From NCBI RefSeq assembly GCF_016432865.1, contig NC_067400.1, positions 556,636,001 to 556,700,000 on the forward strand: DNA of 64,000 nucleotides, read 5' to 3'. The DNA comes from Antechinus flavipes. Its lineage: Eukaryota. The notes under the pieces are model-generated. The model saw only the letters and a list, made by a program, of their open reading frames with translations. It had not been told where the DNA came from and did no database searches. Both the position numbers and the translations under genes were made by a program. Positions 13,644 to 25,067 of this stretch are shown here, in pieces (position 1 is the first letter of the stretch; each line of letters opens with the position of its first letter).

Positions 13644-14529
13644 TTCATTGTCTGAATATGATTTTTTTCCTATTCAAAAAACGTATTGGGGGAATATTTT
13701 ACTCATACCCACAACAACCCTCCCACCTTCCTTTTTCCAAATCAGAAAATACTGAGTGAGTAGCTGACTATTGATTATAAATCACTGAATATTACAGAAT
13801 CTGTGGAGAAAATTTGACAATTATTCCAAACTGGTTGCTATGTTCTAAAGTTATTCAATTATTGGCTTACTGCAGGATGGTAAGAAATAAGGCAACATAA
13901 TGAAAAGGCAGACCTTTGTATATAACCCAATTTCATTTGATATAGAATATTGATGGTGTTGTATAAAAAATTTTATTCTCAGGATAAATATTTATACTAC
14001 AGGCTGTCAAAGAGAAAGGCCACATTCAATGTTGAATCCATAGAATCTAATTAAAAGACTGCTGCAATGAGAAAGTGATATCGAGTTTCTGTAATCTGAA
14101 AGCCATTGTGGCAATCTTGATAAATAGTGGCTCCACTATTCTGAGAAAACCCCTGTGACATTTTTGTTAGCTTCCATGTAATGATTCGAGTTTGAATTTG
14201 AAAAATCCCAGAATACCTTTGTCTTATTAGCAATATTTTTTTGTAAAATTGATGATTGCATGGAAATGTTTTTAACAAGAAAAGAGTAGAAAGCTCTTAG
14301 AGAAAACCTTGTATAAGCTAAATGAGTGTGAAAAATGACTACTTCTCACAACTGTCTGGTATTGAGTGACAAATGTAAACTTGCTAGTTTTAAAATTAAT
14401 TTAAGAATTACCTGCATCCTGCTTTAAGTTTTAAACACTGAACATCTGGAACTGCCTTTTTAATTTGAACAAAATTGGAAGTACATTGATTGCTTAGTCA
14501 AAAATAGAACAAAACTGATTTTTCTTCTA

Positions 14530-14730
14530 CCACATGACAAATATGGAAATATATTTACAAGGACTATATATGTATAACTTATTTCAGACTATTTTCTGTC
14601 TTGGGAAGGGGGAAGGTAAAAGAGGATGAGAGAAAAAAATTGTAATTCAAAATCTTAGAAAAATGAATGTTGAAAATTATCTTTACATATAGTAGGAAAA
14701 ATAAAATAACATTGAGGGAAAAAAATTTAA
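14530..14730 (+). mobile_element. L1 3'UTR fragment
   Basis: caaatatggaaatatatttac...ggaagggggaagg...aaaatgaatgttgaaaattatctttacat...aaataaaata matches the marsupial L1 3' end pattern. Confidence 0.65.
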
Positions 14731-15374
14731 AAAGATAAAATGTCAATAGCTATCCACATGGAATGCTGTTAAGTACTTCCAAAATTTAGTTAGTTTCACA
14801 TAGATGTATATCCCTCGGAACATTAATAATTATTTTACAAAATTAAATCCCAGGACTTTTCCAAATCAACTTCCCTATCATGCTGTTTTTTCTTTGAATT
14901 AAATTTTGTTAACTTTGTTAAACAGAACTGAGGTAATCCTGTTTCAAGCCCAGGCATGATAAAAGTATTGATATTGTTTCAACCTTGTTTTTCTTCCTCC
15001 CTTCATGGCAATTTTTTTTTCACTGTAGGCAAGATATTGTTATGAAATTTAGTATTACTACCACAATGCATCCCTGAGTCCACGGTGATTAGGCCACAAG
15101 GGCAAGGGAGAAAAAAAACAAAACTTACTGATTTTATTTCTATTGTTTTCTCCTTGTAGATATTGCTATGCTATTATTAGGAGGTTGCTGCCCTATCTTA
15201 GGGAAATGGCATTTACTAGACCTCTTTGTTTAAGAGAATAGATTGAACCAGCAAGTAATTTTGAAGGACATTTTCTTTATACAACTACAGATAACAAAGG
15301 TCTATTTCAGTTTAAAACATGTACATCAAAACCATCTTGTACTGACTAAGAAATAGAGTAATGGATCCTTGGAA

Positions 15375-16770
15375 TATCTTAAGTTTTCAACACACAATAA
15401 TGATTATAATAATCTATTATTTGATAAACCCAAAAATTCCAGCTTCTGGGAGAACTCCCTATTTCACAAAAAATTCTGGGAAAACTTGAAAATAATATAC
15501 TAGAAATTCAGCATAGGCCTACATCTCAAACTTCACATCAAAATAAGGTCAAAATGAGTACATGATTTTGGCATAAATGGTGATACTATAGGCCAATTAG
15601 GAGAGCAAAGGATTGTTTATCAGATAGTTTGAGAAGGGAGGAATTTATGAACAGAGAAGAAATGCAGATTATGAAATGTGAAATAGAAAAATTTGGTTAC
15701 ATTAAATTAAAAAATATTTTGCACAAACAAAATTAATACAATCAAGATTAGAAGAGAAGTAGAAAGCTGGGAAACAAATTTTCTAGCTAATATTTTTGAC
15801 AAAGGGCTCATTTTTAAAATATATAGAGAAATTATTCAAATTTATAAAAATACAAGCCATTCCTCAATTAATAAATAGTCAAAGTATATTTACAATTTTC
15901 AGATGAAGAAATTAAAATCATCCATAGTCATATGAAATTATCTAAATCACTATTGATTAGGAAGATGAAATTTTACAAACTTAGGTATATCTATCAGATT
16001 GGCTAAGATAATAGGAAAAGATAATGACAAATATTGGAGGGGATGTGGGTAAATAAGGACACTAATGTATGGTTAGTGAAGTTGTGAAATGATCTGACTA
16101 TACTATAGAGCAATTTGAAGCTATGCCCAAAAGGCTGTCAAACTATTCATATTCTTTGATCCAGCACTGCCACTACTGGGTCTTTATTCCAAAGAAATCA
16201 TAAAAGTGACAAAAGAATTCATATATGTAAAAATGTAGCAGCTCTTTTTTGTGGTGTCAGAGAATTGGAAAATGAGTAGATGCCCATCAACTGAAGGATG
16301 GATAAAATAGGTTGTATGTGAAAATAACAGAATATTATTGTTGTATAAAAAATTATGAACAGAATGATTTTAGAAAGGCCTGAAAAGTCTTACATTAACT
16401 GGTGCTGAGTGAAAGCAAAACCAAGAAAACTTTGTATACAGTAACAGCAAGATTGTGCGATGATCAACTATGACAGACTTGGTTCTTTTCAGCCATTCAG
16501 TGTTCCAGAACAGTCCCAATAAACTTTGCATGGAAAAGGCCATTCAAATACAGAAAGAGATCTAGGGAGATTGAAGTAAATCAACACATGCTATGTTCAT
16601 TTTTTTCTTCTTTATTTTTTCCTCAGGGTTTTTCTCTTTTTTCTGATTTTTCTCTCCCAGCATGATTCACATGGAAATATGTTTTTTAAAAATGAATGTA
16701 CACATATAACAGAAAATTATATTTTATATGTAACTGGGGAAAATACAAATTTTTTTAATTAAAAAATATA
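15375..16770 (+). mobile_element. 5'-truncated L1 (ORF2 C-terminus and 3'UTR), degenerate
   Basis: tttgataaacccaaa (FDKPK), gagcaatttgaagctatgcccaaa, and a 3'UTR closely similar to the other L1 copies in the window. Confidence 0.85.
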
Positions 16771-16879
16771 GTGAACTGTGCTTGAATTCATATATTGGAA
16801 TTATCTTATTTATACTTATGTTTTGTGCAACACCCAGAAATTAAACCCTTGTGTGACATCATCTATGTAAGATCCAAAT

Positions 16880-17000
16880 GCTAAGCTGATCCCCAAACAA
16901 GAACTCACTTTCCCCATAATTTAACCTCCCTGATCTCAGTTTCCTTATTTGTAAATTAAGAACATCAAGTCTTCTAGCTTTAAGTCTATGATTCTGTGAT
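16880..17000 (+). mobile_element. MIR fragment
   Basis: tttaacctccctgatctcagtttccttatttgtaaa CORE and the ctatgattctgtga tail. Confidence 0.6.
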
Positions 17001-17304
17001 ATGAAAGGCCCAACTGTGGCCCAACTCAAGGAAGCTTTTACACTGATCAAAGCCATAATCCTGAGAGCTTTCCATGTCATTGGTCACTTATTGCTCAGGA
17101 CATCTTTCTTTGATTAGAAAAGAAAACTTCTTCCTGACATTTATCCTTTCTACCATTTATTTTTACCACATAGTGGTTTCTATTTCCATGAATTTCCCTA
17201 TAATCTCAGAATTTATATTATCCACTATTAAAATTGACTATGCCCTCTGTTCTAACCTTTCACAATATATCCCAAGTAATCTGATAGTTCTTTCCCCTTA
17301 ATCC

Positions 17305-18252
17305 CTAGTGTGCCTTCCCTCGACAAAGGAGGCGGAAGATTCCCTGGCGAATCTGCTTAGTTTTTACACTGTAAATAATGGGGTTCATCACAGGGGGGGA
17401 TAGCAAGTAGACATTGGCCATGATCACATGAACCAGAGGAGAGGCATGTCGGGCAAAACGGTGAACCATGGACAGCCCTACCATAGGCACATACAGGATA
17501 AGTACAGCCAAGATATGGGACAAACAGTTATTGAGAGCCTTAAATCGCTCAGCTTGGGATGCAGTGCCCAGGACACTGTGCAGGATTAATCCATAGGAGA
17601 CCAGGATGAGGAGAGGGTCAAGCACAATGATGAGCAATACCAGTCCAAACCCGTACCAGCTGTTGACTCGAGTGTCAGCACAGACCAAGCGGATCATATC
17701 TTGGTGGAGGCAGTAGGAATGGGATAGGAGACGAGAGTGACAAAAGGGCAGACGCTTAAGCAGGAAAAGTGATGGCAGTACTGCCAAAACACATCGAATG
17801 ATGATGGCTATCCCAATTCTTCCAATGACATTCTCTGTGAGAATAGAGGCATAGTGAAGTGGGCGGCAGATGGCAACAAAGCGGTCATAGGCCATGGCTA
17901 ATAACACTGAGGATTCCATAAAGGAGAAGCCATGAAGGAAGAAAAACTGGGCAAAGCAAGCCTCAAAGCTGATCTCCCGGACATTGAACCAGAGAAGTTG
18001 CATCACTGTGGGCAGAGTGGTAAGGGTCAGGCCCAGATCAGTTAGTGCCAGCATGGAGAGGAACAGATACATGGGTTGATGGAGTGAAGGCTCTATCTGA
18101 ATGACAGCCAGGATGGTAGTATTGCCCAAGATGGAGATAATGTATAGGCAACAGAAGGGAATGGAGATCCAAATGTGCATGGGCTCAAAACCTGGAATGC
18201 CTGTAAGGATGAAGTAGAAGGGTTCTTCAGAGGTGTTAGTGATGGCCAGCAT
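17305..18252 (-). CDS. OR51Q1: Class I olfactory receptor, OR51Q1-like paralogue B (315 aa from ATG at 18252)
   Basis: Intact ORF with the same diagnostic motifs, and AQFFFLHGFSFMES as in human OR51Q1. The ORF track starts at TTG 18279; the first ATG is at 18252 (MLAITNTS). Confidence 0.93.
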   Translation of the reverse strand: MLAITNTSEEPFYFILTGIPGFEPMHIWISIPFCCLYIISILGNTTILAVIQIEPSLHQPMYLFLSMLALTDLGLTLTTLPTVMQLLWFNVREISFEACFAQFFFLHGFSFMESSVLLAMAYDRFVAICRPLHYASILTENVIGRIGIAIIIRCVLAVLPSLFLLKRLPFCHSRLLSHSYCLHQDMIRLVCADTRVNSWYGFGLVLLIIVLDPLLILVSYGLILHSVLGTASQAERFKALNNCLSHILAVLILYVPMVGLSMVHRFARHASPLVHVIMANVYLLSPPVMNPIIYSVKTKQIRQGIFRLLCRGKAH

Positions 18253-19884
18253 AACAAAAAGATGGACTTCTAGGTCCAATTTCTTTCTGCAATGACATAA
18301 AATTCATTTTAATTTTTATGGGAATTATTTGCTCTATAGTTTTCCAGTTTATAAAATATTATATTATAGAAATAGAATTTTAGGACTCTGGAAAGATTTT
18401 AATAATTCTGTTTTCCTTGTGTCAAATTATTATGAAATAAATAGAAAAAATAACTTGAGGCAGAAAAATGTTATCCAATTATTGTGCTCAAAGTATTTTA
18501 CTCAAAATATTTCACTCACCTATCAACTGAAATGAGTAGAAAACTGTGCACATCTCTCAGATGGGTCCAAAGAACATAGTTGAAGTCATAGCTTTTGAAA
18601 CAGAAAGAGACAAAGAGTCTGCTTTTGACACTTGAATGATACTCAAAAGATATACACAGGCTCCATTGAAGCCATGTGAACACTGAAAAAATTAAATGGA
18701 AATTTTCTGTTAGAATTCTAGCTTAAGAAGCCAAAAATAAAACTAGTTTTAATAACCCACTAATGTACATATTTCAGAGAGACCTACATGACCAGAGACT
18801 AATGAAATGAGGGAAGAATGGGACAGGGTTTTCCAAGAAGTAAAAAACAGTAAGTTATAGATCAGTAAAGGCAGAGATGAAATTTCTAGGAGTCAGCTGA
18901 AAATCAATCTCCAAATGTGTCTTATTGGTTAAATTATACCCCAAATTTCTAAACTAATAATTGAAACTGTGGGCATTCCAATACATAAGTTATAATTTGA
19001 TCACTAGTAGTATACTTGTCACTCTTCCAACATACACTAATCCAACATTCACTTTGCTTATGTAATGCTCCCAATATCCCCAAACACCTTGAATTATTTG
19101 AAAGTTGAAATGAATTTACAAATCATGTACACACATACATATGTAATTTATCAATAAATATACATATACATAAATTTTAGCTAATTTCAATATACGTCTG
19201 TACACATAACCATTAATAAATACTCACTGACAAAAATTACAATGACAGTGATAGTCATCAAGCACTAGCATTACAAAGGCAAAATAGTGGCTATTCTCAA
19301 TGAACTTACATTCTAATAGAAGAAGAATATACAGGTTTATATAAAATACAAAGAAGATCCTAAGTATACTTGGATTATCAATGAACAAAAGAGCCTTCAT
19401 GAATGAGGTATTGTATATGAGTCTATACTCATGATCTACTGCTCCATTTTTCCTTGAATTGATCATTCAGAACCAAGTTAATAGGTGATTAATGACTGAC
19501 TGCCTATCTGACCTAAAACCTAGAGTTTTGGAGTCCTTTATGTCTTTGCAACTATTCCCAAATTAAAAAAAAAAAAAACCTTCTCATTCCATACCCCTAT
19601 TCTATACTCTAGAATCATTCTGTTTGTGGCCATGTGTCCATGTGTGTGTAGATATGTTTTAGCATGTATGTGTAGCTTCCTATAGTAGTCCTTTGGTATT
19701 TGGTATTTCCTTGTGCTCCTGCTAGATGATCCTGTGCTCTGCTTGAAGTGCTAGGAGAGAAACAATCCTTCAGGGTCTATTACACTGCAAAGGCGTCAAG
19801 TATGACCCTGAGGATGTTCTATAACAATAAGCCAATCTAAGGTTGGAGAAGACTATCACCAGGTGACTGTCACTAGGTGGAGAG

Positions 19885-19897
19885 TTTTTTTTTTTTG

Positions 19898-19928
<31 letters not shown>

Positions 19929-19930
19929 TG
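19885..19930. repeat. poly-T/(TTTTG)n microsatellite
   Basis: Read directly from the sequence. Confidence 0.9.
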
Positions 19931-19964
19931 TCCACAACTACTCATAAAGACATAAGCAATTGCA

Positions 19965-20079
19965 CCAGCTCTGAAGTCAAGAGAACCTGAGTTCAAATTT
20001 GATCTCAGACACTTAATACTTCCTGTGTATCCCTGAACAAGTCATTTAACCCAATTGCTTCAGCAAAAAAAAAAAAAAA
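19965..20079 (+). mobile_element. 5'-truncated WSINE1-type tRNA SINE with poly-A tail
   Basis: caccagctctgaagtcaagagaacctgagttcaaat (B box)...aacccaattgcttcagcaaaaaaaa; degenerate TSD aaagacataagcaatt/aaagacaaacaatt. Confidence 0.85.
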
Positions 20080-21486
20080 GACAAACAATTACTTTAATAA
20101 AATCATGGTCTTTGCATTAATGAGGATGATATGGTAGATATAGATAAATATGAATTGATATGAAATGACAATAAGCATAGAAAGATGACAGCTAAAGATT
20201 GAAAGCTAGAGAAATAAGTGGATAAATGATACAATTAATAGATAACAAATATAGTTTATCAAATGTATCTTACTCATAAATGAATAAAAAAAGCTTATTA
20301 ATGACTTAACAGATGTCAAACAATGTGCTAAATGGTGGGGATACAAAAGCTTAAAAACAAAATAACCTCTGCTTTGAAGGAGTTATACCATACACAGAAA
20401 AGTAACAGTTTAGGAGAATGCTTTTTGACTGGAAAGTCACAGGAAGAGTTGTTAGAAGCATAGGACAATATTGCTAGTGCTCTCTCTCTTTCTCTCTTCC
20501 CTTCCTCTATCTCACTGTCTCATTTTCTTCAGTTCTCTTGTTCCAAAAGTCTTAATACAGCTTTAAGCTTTAGTAACATCAAAAATATAAATGCCACAAA
20601 CTGACAAAATCATCATTTGAAAGATTAATTAATTAAATTTATTTTATTCTCCATTTATTTGCCTTTGTTGATTGAATATTAATTTTTTTTTTTAATTTCA
20701 ACAAAATGGAGCATCCTGTAGTTGTGTATTCTGTGTGTGAATACACACACAGTTTCTGGATGAGCCTTTCTCAAACCAGTGGATCTTCTACTTGGCTATA
20801 TTGGTTACCTCATTTACCTCCATTATATATTTTTTCTTGTGTTGTCATGTCAGAACTTTCATTTATACATCAAAACTTTACTTCATGAATGATATCAAGC
20901 CTACAATTACAAGAACAATTTTTTTGGTCACTGAGTTACAAGTGAAGAAACTTGATGGAAGTCATTGAGGTAATTTTAAACTTTCTGAAAAGGGGGAAAT
21001 GAACTACTACTAGAACTCTTCAAACTTGAAAATTGACTGGAATTATGTATAGCATAAGACAACGGTTATGTTGAATTTAAATAAGAAATAGGTAGATATT
21101 TTCAAAATTTTGGTAATCTTTCAAATGTGTTTTTTAATGTATATGCTTTTACAATCCTAAAGTGATTAAAGCTTAAAACAGCACTAAAACCTTTGGACCA
21201 CTCTTAAAATAAACTATTTCTTTTATCATGCTTATGGTAAACTTACTCTGATTTATAATATAGATTCCTCACTGAAACTATCACCATGACACTGCCCCAA
21301 AGACAGCTCTCACTGTTGAATGTTGAGAGAAAAATGGGCAACTAATCTTTGTTATCTCTTTACTCTCTAAATCCTAGTCCTACTCTCCTAATCCAGTGTT
21401 CTTACCACTGCCACCTACCATGTTAGACCTTACCAAATGCTCCTGAGAACCACCTTGTCTAACTGTAAATCTAGTACAGGGATCAG

Positions 21487-21578
21487 GGGGAAAGGAAGGG
21501 AAAGAAAAACAAAGGAAGGCAAGGCAAGGTAAGGTAAGACAAAGAAAGGCAAGGAAAGGGAAAGAAAAGAAAGAAAAA
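21487..21578. repeat. Purine-rich (AAGGN)n degenerate repeat
   Basis: ggaaaggaagggaaag...ggcaaggcaaggtaaggtaag, read directly. Confidence 0.8.
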
Positions 21579-22289
21579 TTTTATTGGATGATGTTGCATG
21601 GCCTTTTGTTGAATATCTTTCTTTAATTCTACTTGTTCTCTTTGTCTGAAGTCCATTTGGCCTTAATTTCCATCAAGATAAAGAGGGAAATTAAACAAGG
21701 ATCTAATCAATATTTGTAAGAGCATAATCTCCAAACAAATTCATCCTCATTTAGCCTCCCTCCCAGTCCATATTCTTTATATCTAGTTGTATACACTTCT
21801 ACTCCCAGAACCCATAAACTTGCCATAATATTGCTTTCTTTCTCCTCCCCCTCACTTGTGTGTGCCTATCCAATATCTCCTGTTCTCACATACCTTTTGT
21901 TCTATGTAGATTCCCATGTTCGTTGGAAGGACAGGCAAAAGCAAGATTACTTATAAAGTCCTCCTATGGATTATCATGTGATTATATGAAGTCCCTGCAT
22001 TCTTCAATTCTTCAATACATCTATTAGAGGTGGGGCTCTGAGATCTCCAGCTAAGGGAATGCAACCATAGAAACTGGGATAGAGGGGAGGAGAGGATTTG
22101 GCTTAACTTTGTTTCCAAGAGGACAGGTCATGTGTCAAATATCTGGAGACTTCAATTAAGGATAGACTCATACTTATTAAGGAAAACTGTGTAATCGACA
22201 ACAATATGTATGATTGATTCAGAATCCATTAATTGGAAGCCCATGAGATTCTCTGTAATACAAAGGTCCAAGACAATTCCAAAGGACTG

Positions 22290-23410
22290 ATAATGAAAAA
22301 TGCTGTCTTTCTCCAGAGAAAGATGAGATACAGTCTGAATGCAGATCAAAGCACACTACTTTTCACTTTTTTTGTTTTTTGTTTTTTGTCTATCTTCTTT
22401 TACAACATGATTAATATGGATATGTTTTGTCTAACTGCACATAAAAAACCTATGTAAAATTATTTATTTCCTTGAGGAAGTGGATGGGGAGAGAGATAAG
22501 GAGGAACAGGATTTGGAACTCAAAATTCATTCATTAATTTATTTATTTATTTATTATAGCTTTTTATTCACAAAACATGTGTATGGGTAATTTTTCAACA
22601 TTGATCCTTACAAAACCTTCTGTTCCAACTTTTCCCCTCCTTCTCCCACCCCCTCCCTAGATGGCAGGTAGTCCAATACATGTTAAATATTTTAAAATAC
22701 ATGTTAAATACAACATATATATATATATATATTTGCGGTTATCTTGCTGCACAAGAAAAATGAGATCTAGAAAGAAGGTAGAAAAACCTGAGAAGGAAAA
22801 TAAAAATGCAAGCAAACAATAACAAAAAGAGTGAAAACGCTATGTTGTGGTCTATACTCATTTCCCATAGTTCTCTCCCTGGGTGTAGCTGATTCTCTTT
22901 AACACTGAACAATTGGAACTAGTTTGAATCATCTCATTGTTGAAGAGAGCCATGCCCATCAGAATTGATCACATATAGTATTGTTGTTGAAGTGTATAAT
23001 GATCTCCTGGTTCTGCTCATTTCACTTAGCATCAGTTCCTCTAAGTTTCTCCAGGCCTCTCTGAAATCATACTGCTAGTCATTTCTTACAGAGCAATATT
23101 CTATAACATTCATATGCCATGATTTACTCAGTCATTCTCCAATTGCTGGGCATCCATTCAATTTCCAGTTTCTAGCCACTACAAAGAGAGCTGCAACAAC
23201 ATTTTTGCACATATGGATCCCTTTCCCTTCTTTAAAATCTCTTTGGGATATAAGCCCAGTAGTGACACTGCTGGATCAAAGGGTGCACAGTTTGATAACT
23301 TTTTTTTTAACATAGTTCCCAATGGCTCTCCAGAACAGTTTGGATCCAGAACTCAAATTTTTTTTTAAAAAGTTATCATTTTTTTTTCATGTAATTGGGA
23401 GAAATAATAG
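22290..23410 (+). mobile_element. Old L1 3'UTR fragment split by a younger antisense L1
   Basis: L1 3'UTR runs to gaactcaaaatt (22516-22527) and resumes at gaactcaaattt (23349-23360). Confidence 0.7.
22528..23348 (-). mobile_element. 5'-truncated L1 (dasyurid-type 3'UTR) nested in an older L1
   Basis: (TTTA)n tail, a 3'UTR similar to the 48960-50803 copy, and a 12 bp near-perfect TSD. Confidence 0.88.
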
Positions 23411-24454
23411 AGTATTGCTCAAAAAATGTAGAAATGCTTTCTAAAGAAGGATAGTATCCAAAATCATTTTTGGTGAGCATTGACTTGAAAATTAAGGGAG
23501 ATAATAGTTTCAGATCCGCAGCATCATTTGTCTAGACCACTTCCTAATAATTAAATTTAGAAAAGGGGAAAATGAACTAATACTAAATTCTTTAAAATTT
23601 AAAATTACTAAAATTCTTTAAAAGCAGTTTCATTGGTCATGTACAGTTTAAGACTAGTTGTCTTCCAGTGTCCTTTGTAACTCATATTCTGTGAATATTA
23701 CAGTGGTCTAGGATGGCATTTATGAGATGATAAGACATGACAATATACATAGCAAGATGAAAGCTAAAGATTGAAAGCTAGAGAAATAAATGTTTAAGAT
23801 TAGGTTCACTAGACTTCATATCATTTGGGGAAGCAAAAAAGAACAAAAGCATCACAAGTGAAAATGATATGATTGGTTATAAAGTCTGAAGTGTCATAGA
23901 TGATGAAAAACAATTTGATAGGATGAAAGTTAGGAGTGCAGGACTAGCAAAAACCATTCATTCTATCTTATTGCTGTGGAAAGCTCATTGCTGCTGTCCA
24001 CTTGTATGATTCATTACAGTTATAACAATAACAGATCAGACTTTCTTGAATGACAGTCAGCATTGCAGAGTTAAGAGATTTTCTGGGACACATTTGTATT
24101 ATGCAAAGTATATTAGGGAGACATGGGCAGTAAGATGGATAAAGACAATAAATATATTTCTTTGATTTAAGGTGATTCATAAGACAACTTAGCTCAGAAA
24201 GAATAGCTGAATTTTTTAACTTAAACTCAGAGACAAGGAAACATAATTTAGGCAATTTAATAACATATTGGTGGCAATACAAAATAGAATCAATAAAAAA
24301 TAAAATTAAAATCAATATAATTCTATCATAAATCAGATTTCAAGTTTAGAAGAATGATAGGTGGAAGCTTCTTTATTTTTACTATACTCTAACTGAAATT
24401 TGGAATTTCTCCAAATTATAAATTAAAAAAAAACAACAAATAAGCATGACTGTT

Positions 24455-24522
24455 AAGGGGAATAAAGACTTTAACAGACTGCCAAATGGATTCCATGACA
24501 CAAAAAAGATTAAGAAACCCTA
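24455..24522. mobile_element. hAT-Charlie (MER5-like) MITE end fragment
   Basis: cagactgccaaatggattccatgacacaaaaaagattaagaaaccct resembles the MER5-like MITE terminus. Confidence 0.55.
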
Positions 24523-24777
24523 AACTAAATAATGACAATAGTCTTCTTCATATCTAAAATTCTGTGATTCTGTCCCTCTACTTAGTATCAATTATTCCAT
24601 TCTTCAAATCCACTTAATTATACTCCAATTTGTTACAATAATAACATGAAAGAAGTTGTCAAATGCTTTAGCTATGAGAGAATTGTCAAAACATGATATA
24701 TAGAATGCTGGATTTGGATCCAGAAGTCCTGGGTCTAGGTACCAACCTAGAATTAACTACTATACACATATGGCTGT

Positions 24778-25067
24778 TGTAATAAGGGAGCCACCCGCCA
24801 GTGACTACTGGAGGTCTAACTCAGACCTGTAGAATGGATCTCTTCATTTGAGAGGATGAGGATGATGATACAAGGAGACTGAGAGGCTGTTGCATTCTCT
24901 GACCTCTCTCCTCTTCCCTCTTGCCTCCAATTTCTTTCATTACTAATCCACAAGGAACATCTGCATAAGTAAAGGCTGCTTTGCAACTCCTTCAAGTGTT
25001 GTGATTCACAGCTGTGGAGGCTCTCTGAGAATTGACCTGCCCCTTCACTTAGGCATGGTCCTTAACA
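24778..25067. mobile_element. Solo LTR (family A), copy 1
   Basis: TG...CA ends (tgtaata...ccttaaca). Aligns with the reverse complement of 28568-28852 (gatgatacaaggagactgagagg, gagaattgacctgcccct). No clean TSD seen. Confidence 0.7.

Noticed and set aside
23968-24315. 115 aa ORF in the OR51Q1-OR51B gap as a possible OR pseudogene
   Set aside because: No OR motifs in the frames I examined; it has a non-specific AT-rich composition.
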